Source: an uncultured Ruminococcus sp. (GTDB lineage: Bacteria; Bacillota; Clostridia; Oscillospirales; CAG-382). From it: a DNA stretch of 53,298 nt. Each line of letters starts with the position of its first letter. Position 1 is the first letter of the stretch. Location: NCBI GenBank assembly GCA_902772845.1, contig CACYCI010000015.1:1-53298 (forward strand), read 5' to 3'. The notes under the pieces are model-generated. The model searched no databases, was not told the origin of the DNA, and saw only the letters and a list, made by a program, of their open reading frames with translations. Below, piece after piece: positions 17,096 through 27,275 of the stretch. The translations under genes were made by a program, and so were the position numbers.

Positions 17096-17856
17096 TCGCC
17101 CTGTACTGACCAGCGCAGCAGCGCGGCCTCTATCTGCGAATCCCAGAATTCCCAGGTGTGGCCGCCGGGCGCTTCGGCGTAAGCGACGTCAAAGCCGTCT
17201 TTTATAAGCGCGTCGCGCGTTTTGCGGCTGTCGCCCAGCAGCGCGTCTTCTGTGCCGCACGCCATATATATAAGCGGTTTGGGGCGGTTTTCGGCTTTTA
17301 ACTTTTCAAGCGCGAAAGCGATAGTGTGCTTTGTACGCGCTTCGCCTTCGCCGAATATCGCGTTCCAGTACGGGGCGAACGGTCTGCCTTCAATAGAGTA
17401 GGCGCCGGAAAGGCAGATCGCGCGGGAAAACGAGCCGCTTTCGTTCAGACCTATCTTGAGCGCACCGTAACCGCCCATCGAAAGCCCCGCCACCCAGTTA
17501 AGTTCGCGCTTGGCGGACATACCGCGGAAAAACGAGCGGCATATCTGCGGCAGTTCTTTTGCTATGTAGGTGTAATACTTCTGGTAACCGCATTCCATAT
17601 CCGTGTACCACCCCAGATCGCTCGTAGGCATGACAACGGCGCAGCCGCGGTAGGTCGCATAGCGTTCTATCGCAGTGCGGCGCTGCCATATTGTCTCGTC
17701 GTCGCTCATCCCGTGGAGCAGGTACAGCGTGGGGAATTCCGGCTCCGCGCTGCCTTCAAGGCCGATCTGGCCTGCCGTATTCTGCGGAAGTATAACGTCC
17801 GCTTTGACGCATTTGCCAAGTACGTTGGAAAAGAAATCAAGATGTATGAGTGCCAT
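17092..17856 (-). CDS. Esterase, alpha/beta hydrolase (tributyrin esterase/FrmB-like)
   Basis: LYLLHGMSDD, GLSMGG nucleophile elbow, CGTED, GGHTWEFWD; RBS GAGGAA before ATG 17856. Confidence 0.85.
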   Translation of the reverse strand: MALIHLDFFSNVLGKCVKADVILPQNTAGQIGLEGSAEPEFPTLYLLHGMSDDETIWQRRTAIERYATYRGCAVVMPTSDLGWYTDMECGYQKYYTYIAKELPQICRSFFRGMSAKRELNWVAGLSMGGYGALKIGLNESGSFSRAICLSGAYSIEGRPFAPYWNAIFGEGEARTKHTIAFALEKLKAENRPKPLIYMACGTEDALLGDSRKTRDALIKDGFDVAYAEAPGGHTWEFWDSQIEAALLRWSVQGE

Positions 17857-18424
17857 TCCGTTCCTCCTCTGCCGTTTTCGCACGGCGCGAACTGATGAAA
17901 TACTCTGTTTTTTTGTGAATATACCCCGCCGCCGCAACGCCGACGAAACCGATCCCCACGCCTATGATAGCTCCGCCGAGCACGTCGGTGGGGAAGTGGA
18001 CCATAAGGTACAGCCGCGAAAAAGCGACAGACGCGGCGACAAAATACGCGGGTATGCCTATCTTTCTGCTGTAAAACGCCATTGCGGTGGCGGCGGCAAA
18101 GCTGCTCAGCGTGTGGCCGGATGCGAACGAATAGTCCGTGGGCGGCGATATGAGGAGTTTTATGGTGCTGTCTGCCGTAAACGGTCTTTCGCGTGCGATG
18201 ATCGGCTTTATCAACGCGCTGTTCAGCAGCGCTCCCATGATCAGCGCGGCGGCGACAGCGATGCCGCATTTGCGCGTCTTTTTAAAGCACAGCAGTATCA
18301 CGGCGGCGATTATCCATATAAGACCGCCGTTGCCCAAGAACGTGACCGCCGGCATGAGCGCGTCCATTAACCCGCATTTCAAAGACTGTATCGCGCGAAG
18401 TATCTCCAGCTCGAACCCCGTCAT
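17837..18424 (-). CDS. PAP2-family membrane phosphatase
   Basis: KPIIARERP, SFASGHT, SRLYLMVHFPTDVLGG. Confidence 0.9.
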   Translation of the reverse strand: MTGFELEILRAIQSLKCGLMDALMPAVTFLGNGGLIWIIAAVILLCFKKTRKCGIAVAAALIMGALLNSALIKPIIARERPFTADSTIKLLISPPTDYSFASGHTLSSFAAATAMAFYSRKIGIPAYFVAASVAFSRLYLMVHFPTDVLGGAIIGVGIGFVGVAAAGYIHKKTEYFISSRRAKTAEEERNGTHTS

Positions 18425-20061
18425 GATCCGGCGTCCTCGGGCGCGTCGTATGTGTAAACGCAGAATTCGCCCGCCCAAAGCCAGCCGTTGTTCTCTATCG
18501 TGGCTTTAACATATCTGCCGCTGAGCGGAGCGTCGCTGACGTAGCGGAAATCATAGAGCGACCATTCGTCTGTCTTTTCGACGAAATCCAACATATATGA
18601 ATATACCGTTCCGCCGGCGGCGGTCCAGTTCTCGCCGTCTTCGGAAACGTAATACGTCACGCTGTACGGACTGTTTATGCCCCAGCTGCCGAAACAGACG
18701 TAGAGGGCGAATTCAGAAAGGTTTTCGGTCGTGTCGCCGAGATCTATCACCAGTTCGGCGCCCTTGGATTCCGCGCCGAAATAATCAAAGGTGTTGCCGC
18801 TGCAGCCCGGTATGATACCGTCGGTGAGCTTTTTCCCGTTGTCGTCCCATCCGTCGCCGCGGGTGCTCACCGCGCCGGAATACGGCTTGCCGAGCGATAC
18901 CATGGTCTTGGGTCCGTCGTAAGAAAGCCGCGGATCGGGGACAGTCACGTCGTATTCGCCGGTCTCGAAGTATCTTTTGTACTGTTCGTGAAGCGTGCGG
19001 TCGCCTACGATATCAGGCGAAACGTAGTGCGAATAAGCAAAAGTGAAATTGCCGCTTGCGTATTTTGCGCTTATCACTATCTGCTGTATGACGCGGTCGA
19101 ACGGCGCCGCCTTGAAATTGCTTGTAAAACATTCGTTGTTGGCCATGAACACCAACCCCGGGCAGGTGTCGGCCGCGCGCTTGAGCGCGGAAAAGTAGGC
19201 GTCCAGTTCCGAAAGCTGTATGCCGCCGGCGCCCACGCTGTCCTGCGGCATGAATACGTCGCCGGGGCGGAAGCGCGTCTGCGAAAAGATCTCTGTCCAC
19301 TGTTTTTCGGTCTCTTCTGGCGTGACGCTGCTTCTGAGGAAAGGCGAAAGATACAAAGGCATGGAAGGGTCAAGCGCGTTTAGACCGTCTATGTAAAGAT
19401 TCAGGAATTCCGCCGCACGGCCGTTGTTGCCCATACCGTTGTAATACTCGGGCTCAAAATACCATGCGCAAAGCGTTTCGGGGTATTTTTCCTTGTAAAG
19501 GCCGTAAAGCTCACGCGCCGCTCTTACCCCCAGATCGGCTTCGCGGGTATACCATTCAGCGTCGTCCAGCACTTTGGAAAACCAGCCGTCCGGCGCGTTG
19601 AGCCCCAAAATGACCTTTACGCCCCTTGAAGCGCACGCTTCGAGCAGGCGGTCTATCACTTTGGAATCGAATTTGTTTTCACTGAGCGCGCAGGGGAAGA
19701 ACGCTCCGGTCACTTCGCCGTCTTTGTCGGTGAGCGACCATTGGAGTATGATCGTATCTATCCCGGCCTCGAGAAGATAGTCGCAATGCTTCTGCAGTTT
19801 CTTTACGGACATGGAGTTGAGCAGCCCCGGCTGAATAAAAGTACCGGTCAGCACCGGCCAGTCTTTGGCGGGCGTCACGGGCACGCTTTCTTCGTCGGAA
19901 AAGCCGTCTGATACATCGGACACCGCGGGGATCTCGGAATAAACGGCGCTTTCGTCAGAACTCGCATATCCGCTCGCGTCCGGTCCGGGATCCGCGCCGC
20001 AGGCGCAAAGAACGGGGATCAGCAGCGCGGCGCCGAGCAGCAGAGAAAAGAACTTTTTCAT
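18421..20061 (-). CDS. Lipoprotein with DUF4434 (putative glycoside hydrolase TIM barrel) and C-terminal discoidin/CBM32-like domain
   Basis: Lipobox LCAC; TGTFIQP, GIDTIILQW, AWYFEPE, PQDSVGAG, ANNECF; C-terminal VSLGKPY...LTDG...IDLG...VSEDGENW...GRYVK. Confidence 0.75.
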   Translation of the reverse strand: MKKFFSLLLGAALLIPVLCACGADPGPDASGYASSDESAVYSEIPAVSDVSDGFSDEESVPVTPAKDWPVLTGTFIQPGLLNSMSVKKLQKHCDYLLEAGIDTIILQWSLTDKDGEVTGAFFPCALSENKFDSKVIDRLLEACASRGVKVILGLNAPDGWFSKVLDDAEWYTREADLGVRAARELYGLYKEKYPETLCAWYFEPEYYNGMGNNGRAAEFLNLYIDGLNALDPSMPLYLSPFLRSSVTPEETEKQWTEIFSQTRFRPGDVFMPQDSVGAGGIQLSELDAYFSALKRAADTCPGLVFMANNECFTSNFKAAPFDRVIQQIVISAKYASGNFTFAYSHYVSPDIVGDRTLHEQYKRYFETGEYDVTVPDPRLSYDGPKTMVSLGKPYSGAVSTRGDGWDDNGKKLTDGIIPGCSGNTFDYFGAESKGAELVIDLGDTTENLSEFALYVCFGSWGINSPYSVTYYVSEDGENWTAAGGTVYSYMLDFVEKTDEWSLYDFRYVSDAPLSGRYVKATIENNGWLWAGEFCVYTYDAPEDAGS

Positions 20062-20154
20062 GATGGATCCTCCGTTCCGCGGCACGCAGACCGCATTTTG
20101 TTTTATGCCGATATTATATTATAGCCGCAAGGAAAAGTCAAGTGGAAAAAGGTA

Positions 20155-20183
20155 TTGACACCCTTTCATTTAATGATTATAAT
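20155..20183 (+). promoter_or_regulatory. Consensus sigma-A promoter
   Basis: TTGACA-17-TATAAT. Confidence 0.85.
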
Positions 20184-20217
20184 AAATGTCGAAAAATCCA
20201 AAAGGAGCATACGCAAA

Positions 20218-21444
20218 ATGAAACAACAGCGCGCGTTCCCCGCGTTCACGGTGACCGAAAAAGCCGAGCTTTCGTTAAAGAACGGGCATCCGTGGGTCTA
20301 CGCCGAAGAATTCATTCATAAGCCGGACCGCTGCGAAAACGGAGCTTTGGCGGACGTTTTTTCGCAAAAGGGAGCTTATCTCGGTACCGGTTTTTACAGC
20401 GAAAAAAGCAAAATAGGCGTACGCGTGCTTTCTTCCAACGCAAACGAAACGTTTACCGAAGATTTCTGGCGCAGGCGCATAAGGTATGCGCTCGATTACC
20501 GTCTTACCGTTATGGGCGCGGAAGATTTCCGCTGCTCGCGCCTGATCTTCGGCGAAGCCGACGGAATGCCCGGGCTCACGGTGGACAGGTTCGAAAACGT
20601 GCTTGTGGCGCAGGTGCTTTCCTATGGGATGGAAAAGATAAAAACGCTCGTGTATCCGCTGCTTTTCGAGCAGCTCGCTCTGATGGGGTATCCCGCCGAA
20701 GGGCTGTACGAACGCAATGATTCGGCCATACGCGAACTCGAAGGGCTTACGCAGTACAAGGGCTGGTACGAAGGACTCACTCACCCGGGAAGTTCCGTCA
20801 CGCGTATCACCGAAAACGGCATTGTTTACGAAGTCGATTTCGAAAACGGGCAAAAGACCGGCTTCTTTCTGGATCAGAAATATAACCGGCTCGCGCTTTC
20901 GCGCATTTGCCGCGGCAAACGCGTGCTCGATTGCTTCACTCACACCGGTTCGTTCGCGCTCAACGCCGTTAAGGGCGGAGCCGAACACGTCACGGCGGTG
21001 GATCTTTCCGAAACGGCGCTCGCCTGCGCACGGCGCAACGCCGCGCTCAACGGGTTCGCAGACAAAATCGAATTCGTCTGCGCCGATATTTTCGAATATC
21101 TGCCACGGCTTGCCGAAAGCAAAAAGAAAGAATACGATCTTATCGTGCTCGATCCGCCGGCGTTCACAAAAAGCCGCCGCACGGTCGGCGCCGCGTCGCA
21201 CGGCTACCGCGAGATCAATTACCGCGCCATGAAACTGCTCCCGCGCGGGGGCTATTTAGCCACCGCGTCGTGCTCGCACTTCATGGAAGAAAAACTGTTT
21301 ATAAAGGCCGTTTCGGCAGCGGCGGCGGAAGCGGGCGTTTCGCTCAAGCAGATCGAATCGCGCGCGCAGTCGCCTGATCACCCGGTGCTTTGGAACGTGC
21401 CCGAAACCGATTATCTCAAATTTTTCCTGTTCCAGGTCATCTGA
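20218..21444 (+). CDS. Class I SAM-dependent rRNA methyltransferase (RlmI/YwbD family)
   Basis: GHPWVY PUA domain, EADGMPGLTVDRF, GQKTGFFLDQ, VLDCFTHTGSF, LDPPAF, SCS; RBS AAGGAG. Confidence 0.92.
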   Translation: MKQQRAFPAFTVTEKAELSLKNGHPWVYAEEFIHKPDRCENGALADVFSQKGAYLGTGFYSEKSKIGVRVLSSNANETFTEDFWRRRIRYALDYRLTVMGAEDFRCSRLIFGEADGMPGLTVDRFENVLVAQVLSYGMEKIKTLVYPLLFEQLALMGYPAEGLYERNDSAIRELEGLTQYKGWYEGLTHPGSSVTRITENGIVYEVDFENGQKTGFFLDQKYNRLALSRICRGKRVLDCFTHTGSFALNAVKGGAEHVTAVDLSETALACARRNAALNGFADKIEFVCADIFEYLPRLAESKKKEYDLIVLDPPAFTKSRRTVGAASHGYREINYRAMKLLPRGGYLATASCSHFMEEKLFIKAVSAAAAEAGVSLKQIESRAQSPDHPVLWNVPETDYLKFFLFQVI

Positions 21445-21468
21445 ACTTTACCGGAGGTCATACGCAAA

Positions 21469-22830
21469 ATGCAGGAATTCACACTCGTTTCGCTTATACT
21501 TTTCGCCGTCACGTACGTGCTGATGATGGTATTCCAGAAAGCGCGTCCGTTTATTGCTGCGGGCGCCGCGCTCGTCTTCGTCCTCATAGGCGTTTTCGGC
21601 TTTTTCGACGGCTATTCCTATTCCTTCGCCGACGCTTTCGGAGAGATTGACTGGAACGTCCTTATGATGATCGCCGGCACCATGGGCACCGTTTTCCTTT
21701 TCATACGTTCGGGAATGCCAAAGCTGATGTCGGATATTATCATATCCAAGACGCGCAACATTTGCATAACGATACTTGCGCTTTCTGCGTTTGCCGGGCT
21801 GATATCCGCTTTCATAGATAACGTCGCCACTGTGCTGATGATCGCCCCCGTCGCGCTTGAACTGTGCCGCAAAATGAACGTTTCACCTGTCCCCGCAATA
21901 ATCTGTATAGCGGTCTCTTCCAACCTGCAGGGCGCCGCCACGCTCGTCGGCGATACCACTTCCATACTGCTCGCCAAAGCGGCGGAGCTCGATTTTGCGG
22001 ATTTCTTTGTCTGCGACGGAAAGCCCGGTATGTTCTGGATCGTTCAGGCGGGCGCTATCGCGGCTATGATAATACTTTACTTTATGTTCCGCAAGCAAAA
22101 AGAGCCGGTCTCCGCGGGCGAACGTACCGTGGTCAAAGATAAATTCCCCACGTTTTTGCTCGTTGGGACCATAGTGGCACTCATAGCGGTATCTTTCATA
22201 CCGTACAAGGACGCTGCGGCGGAAGGGCAGTTCTATAAGCCGGAAATAACAAACGGCCTGATATGCCTTGCGTTTTTCACGGCAGGGCTCCTGCGCGAGA
22301 TAATAAAAAGTCACGATTTCAAGGTCGTCAGAAAATCGCTCAAGGAGATCGACTATTACACGCTCGGACTGCTCGCCGGTCTGTTCGTGGTGATAGGCGG
22401 CATTGAACGAGCCGGGGTGATAGACCTCATAGGCGACACCATAGCAAAGCTCGGCGGCGACGGCAGCCGTGGCTCTGTTTTCCTTGTTTATACTGTCATA
22501 GTCTGGGTATCGGTGTTGCTTTCCGCGTTCATAGATAACATTCCTTATACGGCTACCATGCTTCCGGTCATATCGGTGCTGGCGCAGCGGCTTTCGGCAG
22601 CCGGCGGCACGGTCATAGACCCCAAGCTTCTGTTTTTCGGTCTGCTGTGCGGAGCCACCCTTGGCGGCAACCTTACCCCAATAGGCGCTTCGGCAAACAT
22701 AACGGGTATAGGGATACTGCGCAAAAACGGCTATACCGTCAAGACCGGCACGTTCATGAAATTCGGCGTGCCGTTCACGCTCGCCGCCGTGGGCGTGGGG
22801 TATATACTCATATGGGTGTTCTACGCCTGA
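21469..22830 (+). CDS. ArsB/NhaD/CitMHS (SLC13-like) ion transporter
   Basis: SAFIDNVAT, SNLQGAATLVGD, SAFIDNIP, GATLGGNLTPIGASANI; many TM helices. Confidence 0.88.
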   Translation: MQEFTLVSLILFAVTYVLMMVFQKARPFIAAGAALVFVLIGVFGFFDGYSYSFADAFGEIDWNVLMMIAGTMGTVFLFIRSGMPKLMSDIIISKTRNICITILALSAFAGLISAFIDNVATVLMIAPVALELCRKMNVSPVPAIICIAVSSNLQGAATLVGDTTSILLAKAAELDFADFFVCDGKPGMFWIVQAGAIAAMIILYFMFRKQKEPVSAGERTVVKDKFPTFLLVGTIVALIAVSFIPYKDAAAEGQFYKPEITNGLICLAFFTAGLLREIIKSHDFKVVRKSLKEIDYYTLGLLAGLFVVIGGIERAGVIDLIGDTIAKLGGDGSRGSVFLVYTVIVWVSVLLSAFIDNIPYTATMLPVISVLAQRLSAAGGTVIDPKLLFFGLLCGATLGGNLTPIGASANITGIGILRKNGYTVKTGTFMKFGVPFTLAAVGVGYILIWVFYA

Positions 22831-22849
22831 TCTGCCAAAACAGGTCATC

Positions 22850-22886
22850 CGCCGCTTCCGCGTCTGCGGGGGCGGCTGCTTTTTTT
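22850..22886 (+). terminator. Intrinsic terminator
   Basis: GCCGCTTCCGC-GTCT-GCGGGGGCGGC followed by a T-tract. Confidence 0.7.
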
Positions 22887-23009
22887 GCAAATTCGGTATT
22901 GCATTTTCAAAAGAAAAGTAGTATTATAATCGTATGTATTATGCACGTCGCCGCGCTTTTTGCGAATAATAATTCAAAAAGCGCGCGCTTTGAAAGAAGG
23001 GAAAAGACA

Positions 23010-24737
23010 ATGAAAGAACTTATGCTTGGCAATCAGGCGGTGGCGAGAGGGCTTTACGAATCAGGCGTACGCGTGGTTTCGTCGTATCCCGGCACTCCCA
23101 GCACCGAAATAACCGAATACATAGCAAAATATCCCGAAGTATACTCGGAATGGGCGCCTAACGAAAAGGTCGCGTGCGAGGTCGCCTTCGGCGCGTCGCT
23201 CGGCGGAGCGCGTTCGTTCTGCGCCATGAAACACGTGGGGCTCAACGTGGCCGCAGACCCGGTATACACCGCGTCGTACATAGGCGTCAACGCCGGCATG
23301 GTCATAGGCGTCGCCGACGATCCGGGCATGCATTCTTCGCAGAACGAGCAGGATTCGCGCCATCACGCCATTGCGTCAAAGGTCCCCATGCTCGAGCCGT
23401 GCGATTCCGCCGAATGCAAGGAATACGCCATGCTCGCTTACGAAATATCCGAAAAATACGATACGCCGGTCATGCTGCGCCTTTCGACCCGTATATCGCA
23501 TTCGCGTTCGCCCGTCGAAGTCGGCGAACGTATCACGCCGCCCGAAAAGCCGTACGTCAAGAACGTCGGGAAAAACGTGATGATGCCCGCAATGGCAAAG
23601 GCAAGGCACGTCTTTGTAGAACAGCGCACCGCCGCTTTGCGTGAGTACGCCGAAAATTCCGGCATCAACCGCATAATAGAAGGCGGCGATATCGGCGTCA
23701 TTGCAGCCGGCACAACGTTCAACTACGCTTACGAGGCGCTCGGCGGAAAAGCGAGCTATCTCAAACTCGGCATGGTAAATCCGCTGCCGGTGGAACTTAT
23801 AAAGACCTTCGCTTCAAAGGTAAAACGGCTCATAATTTGTGAAGAGCTCGACGATATAATAGAAACGCATTGTTTAAAGCACGGGATAAAATGCGAAGGC
23901 AAATCGCTGTTTTCGTTCTGCGGCGAATATTCGCAGTCGATCATTCGTAAAGCGGTGCTCGGCGAAGAATACGAATACCGCACTTTCCCGGAACAGTTCC
24001 CGGCGCGTCCGCCGGTGCTCTGCCCCGGCTGCCCTCACCGCGGCCTGTTCTATGCGCTTAAAGGGCTCGGCGTTTACGTTTCCGGCGATATCGGCTGCTA
24101 CACGCTCGCCGCGCAAAAACCGCTCGACTGTCTGGACGCCTGCCTTTGCATGGGCGCGTCGGTTTCGGGACTGCACGGCTTCAATACTGCGCGCGGGGCG
24201 GAACAAGCCAAACGTTCCGTGGCGGTCATCGGCGATTCCACGTTCATCCATTCCGGCATAACCGGGCTCATAGACATAGCATACAACAAGGGCATTTCAA
24301 CCGTGATAGTGCTCGATAACTCCATCACCGGCATGACCGGTCACCAGAACAACCCCGCCAACGGGCTCACCATCCACGGAGATCCCACCGTCGCGGTCGA
24401 TCTCGAAGCGCTCGCGCACGCGGTGGGCTTCGCGTCTGTCCGCGTTACCGATCCGTACGACGTGGAGACTACGCGCAAGGTGGTCGCGGAAGAACTGCAA
24501 AAAGAGGAGCCGTCGCTCGTCATAGCCAGGCGCCCTTGCGCGCTGCTTAAGACAGCGCAGCGCAAGAAACCGCTGATCGTGACCGATGCCTGCGTGGGCT
24601 GCAAATCGTGCCTCAAGGTCGGATGCCCGGCCATATCCGTTGAAAACAAACACGCCGTAATAGACAACAACCAGTGCATCGGCTGCGGAGTCTGCGCTTT
24701 CGCCTGCCGCGTCGGCGCAATAAAGGAGGACGAATGA
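23010..24737 (+). CDS. iorA: Indolepyruvate:ferredoxin oxidoreductase alpha subunit
   Basis: LGNQAVARG, YPGTPSTEI, MKHVGLNVAAD, HSSQNEQDSR, CPGCPH, GDIGCY, GDSTFIHSG, two C-terminal 4Fe-4S motifs. Confidence 0.95.
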   Translation: MKELMLGNQAVARGLYESGVRVVSSYPGTPSTEITEYIAKYPEVYSEWAPNEKVACEVAFGASLGGARSFCAMKHVGLNVAADPVYTASYIGVNAGMVIGVADDPGMHSSQNEQDSRHHAIASKVPMLEPCDSAECKEYAMLAYEISEKYDTPVMLRLSTRISHSRSPVEVGERITPPEKPYVKNVGKNVMMPAMAKARHVFVEQRTAALREYAENSGINRIIEGGDIGVIAAGTTFNYAYEALGGKASYLKLGMVNPLPVELIKTFASKVKRLIICEELDDIIETHCLKHGIKCEGKSLFSFCGEYSQSIIRKAVLGEEYEYRTFPEQFPARPPVLCPGCPHRGLFYALKGLGVYVSGDIGCYTLAAQKPLDCLDACLCMGASVSGLHGFNTARGAEQAKRSVAVIGDSTFIHSGITGLIDIAYNKGISTVIVLDNSITGMTGHQNNPANGLTIHGDPTVAVDLEALAHAVGFASVRVTDPYDVETTRKVVAEELQKEEPSLVIARRPCALLKTAQRKKPLIVTDACVGCKSCLKVGCPAISVENKHAVIDNNQCIGCGVCAFACRVGAIKEDE

Positions 24738-24738
24738 T

Positions 24739-25308
24739 ATGACCTACAACATTCTTATAGCCGGCGTCGGCGGTCAGGGAACTCTGCTCGCTTCCAAGCT
24801 CATGGGCGTTGTGTTCATGGGCAAGGGTTACGATCTCAAGGTCAGCGAAGTCCACGGGATGTCGCAGCGCGGCGGGTCTGTCGTAACTTACGTCCGTTTC
24901 GGCGACAAGGTGTCTTCCACCGTTATAGAAAAAGGCGAAGCCGATATGGTGCTTTCTTTCGAGCTGCTCGAATCCGCGCGCTGGCTGCCTTATCTCAAAA
25001 AAGACGGCGTACTCATTTCAAACACTCAAAAGATCAACCCCATGCCTGTTATAACCGGCCAGGCGGAATATCCACGCGATATTGCCGAAAAGCTCAGATC
25101 CACCGGCGTACGTCTGCACACCGTCGATGCGCTCGCGCTCGCTGAAAAGGCGGGGTCGGCCAAAAGCGTGAACGTAGTGCTCTTGGGCGTGGCCGCAAAA
25201 TATCTGGGGATGGAACGCGAAGCGTGGGAAAACGCGATACGCGCTACCGTGCCTCCCAAGACTGTCGATATAAACCTCGCCGCTTTCGACGCGGGTTATA
25301 CACTCTGA
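24739..25308 (+). CDS. iorB: Indolepyruvate:ferredoxin oxidoreductase beta subunit
   Basis: GVGGQGTLLAS, SEVHGMSQRGGSV; adjacent to iorA. Confidence 0.95.
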   Translation: MTYNILIAGVGGQGTLLASKLMGVVFMGKGYDLKVSEVHGMSQRGGSVVTYVRFGDKVSSTVIEKGEADMVLSFELLESARWLPYLKKDGVLISNTQKINPMPVITGQAEYPRDIAEKLRSTGVRLHTVDALALAEKAGSAKSVNVVLLGVAAKYLGMEREAWENAIRATVPPKTVDINLAAFDAGYTL

Positions 25309-25326
25309 TCATCCGCAATACAAAAA

Positions 25327-25357
25327 CGGTCCGTTCGTTATGAATACGAACGGACCG
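25327..25357. terminator. Terminator between convergent genes
   Basis: CGGTCCGTTCGT-TATGAAT-ACGAACGGACCG. Confidence 0.8.
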
Positions 25358-25374
25358 CGTTATTATTTGTGCTT

Positions 25375-27156
25375 TTATTGCAGCGCTTTCAGCAGTTCGG
25401 CCCAGTATGCGAGCTGATTGTTGATCCTTTCTTTTTCTATCTTCGTGCAGTCGCGCCTTGCCTCTTTGATCGCCTCTGTCAGCGAAATGAGATCTGCCTT
25501 GTGTTTGTAATAAAACCTTCTCACGTTTGCGGGGACCCAGGTCATGCTGTATTCGTCGCTGGTCTCGCTTATGTCCGCGAGCTTCTTATAGTATGCGAAC
25601 ATCGGCTCGGCGGCGGCGCCGAAGAGCTTGATGCAGGCGTCGTGCAGCAGCTCTTCACCGGTCATCTCGGTGCCCCACATGGAGCGGGAAGCGACGTACC
25701 AGAGCGGCCAGCGCAGATCGAACGAGCTGGCGTCTTCGTTATACCCGTCGGCGGGACCCTGATCGTAGAATATGTATTCCACTCCCATGCTTTCCCACAG
25801 GTCCTGGTTTCGCGTCGCCACGTTGCCCTGCACCCAGGGAATGGATTTCCAATTTGCGTCGCCGGCGGCAAGACAGTACCAGTCCCAGACGGAGATGTGA
25901 TGCGGCTCAGTCTTTTCTATCCATTCCATGGCGTTTTGCCGCCACGAACGGTCATACGTGTTGCGCGTGATGTTATCGTAGCCGGGCTTGTAATAATCTA
26001 CGTCAAGCGGTTTTGTCATGCTCGTTTCGCGGCAGAGCATCAGTTCGACGTTCGGTTCGAGCTTTACGCTGTTCACGGGCGGCTTGTAGGTCATATGGTA
26101 GGAATAGATCTGCAGCGTGCGGTCGGGGAATTTTTCGTAGAGCTGCCTTGCGACTTTGTTGGCAAAGTGCACCAGCACGTCAGACTGATTGCCCAGCGCT
26201 TTGCAGTTTTCGCATTCGCAATAGTGCTGATCCCAGCCGTCGTTGTATGCTATCGTCATGGAAACCAGATCGGAATGAGCGGTGAAATAGTCTGTGAGCT
26301 TCTGCGCCACGTACGCGGCGAATTCGTCGTTGGAATAACAGAACTGGAAATAATCCAGACCGGCGGGGTCTCGGGTGCCTTTTTTGGTGAGCGCGTACCA
26401 TTCGGGGTGCTCGGAATACATGGAAGCGGGCGCTATCTGGAACAGCCAGTGCCCGGTGAGCGATTTGTTCCCGCCCAAATACCACTTGTCGGCGACCTGC
26501 CAGCTTCCGCTGTAAACGCGGGTGATGCGTGAATTGAAGCGCGGAGAATGATCTATCTTGAGGTCTGTGATATCTATATCGGTGAGCTCGGGGACTACTT
26601 CCCACAGCTCGCCTTCGCCGAACCAGCCGCAGCCGAGGTGTTCGAGCAGCATGTTGACGGCAAATTGCGTGCCGTTGTAGTTGCCGTCGTCGTTGCCGAG
26701 CACGAACAGATCTCCTTCGCGCTGATCCACTATCACGCGCTCAACGCCGGGATATCCCGTGGGCTTTTCTATGCCTAATTCCGCGGCGCGCTGGGTGCCG
26801 CCGACAAAAATATGCTTGATCTCCTGCGTGATCTTGTTTTCACGCACTATCTTCGGCTCGGTGCCGGTCATCTTTTTGATATACTTGCGCAGATCCTTTG
26901 CTGCAGCGGTCGCTTTCGCATCCGCGTCGGACGATATGACTATGTCGCAAAGCAGAACGCCGTCTTTTAGCATTACAAAACCGGGATCTCTCATTATTTC
27001 GGAAACCTCCTCTGAACTTTCGGCAGCGTCAAGCGAGCTTTGCGGCTCTTCGGTATCCGAAACGCGGCTCTCTTCGCCGCCGCCGCTGCAAGCGACAAGC
27101 TGCAGCGCAAGCATCAGCGCTGACAGCAACGCGATCACGGATGTCGTCTTTTTCAT
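25375..27156 (-). CDS. DUF4838-like lipoprotein (putative glycoside hydrolase)
   Basis: Lipobox LVAC; N-terminal AA.DL.KYI.KMTG domain, LEHLGC.WF, EHPEWYAL, QFCYSN, NDG...CECENC, FANKVA, YSYH. Confidence 0.75.
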   Translation of the reverse strand: MKKTTSVIALLSALMLALQLVACSGGGEESRVSDTEEPQSSLDAAESSEEVSEIMRDPGFVMLKDGVLLCDIVISSDADAKATAAAKDLRKYIKKMTGTEPKIVRENKITQEIKHIFVGGTQRAAELGIEKPTGYPGVERVIVDQREGDLFVLGNDDGNYNGTQFAVNMLLEHLGCGWFGEGELWEVVPELTDIDITDLKIDHSPRFNSRITRVYSGSWQVADKWYLGGNKSLTGHWLFQIAPASMYSEHPEWYALTKKGTRDPAGLDYFQFCYSNDEFAAYVAQKLTDYFTAHSDLVSMTIAYNDGWDQHYCECENCKALGNQSDVLVHFANKVARQLYEKFPDRTLQIYSYHMTYKPPVNSVKLEPNVELMLCRETSMTKPLDVDYYKPGYDNITRNTYDRSWRQNAMEWIEKTEPHHISVWDWYCLAAGDANWKSIPWVQGNVATRNQDLWESMGVEYIFYDQGPADGYNEDASSFDLRWPLWYVASRSMWGTEMTGEELLHDACIKLFGAAAEPMFAYYKKLADISETSDEYSMTWVPANVRRFYYKHKADLISLTEAIKEARRDCTKIEKERINNQLAYWAELLKALQ

Positions 27157-27185
27157 TATGATCCACCTCTGTTGTTTGATGCTTT

Positions 27186-27254
27186 GATTATAATAATTTT
27201 TATCTGCCGTGTCAAGTCAAATATGTTGACAAACTGTTTTTGTGCATATATAAT
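27186..27254. promoter_or_regulatory. Divergent sigma-A promoters with a palindrome at the -35 boxes
   Basis: Plus TTGACA (27226)-17-TATAAT; minus TTGACA (27215-27210) with TATAAT/TATTAT downstream; palindrome GTCAA-ATATG-TTGAC at 27216-27230. Confidence 0.7.
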
Positions 27255-27275
27255 TGTGCGAAAGAGGTGATATAT

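Noticed and set aside
22647-23009. 120-aa N-terminal extension of IorA in the ORF track
   Set aside because: Crosses the upstream gene, terminator and promoter; the conserved IorA sequence begins at ATG 23010
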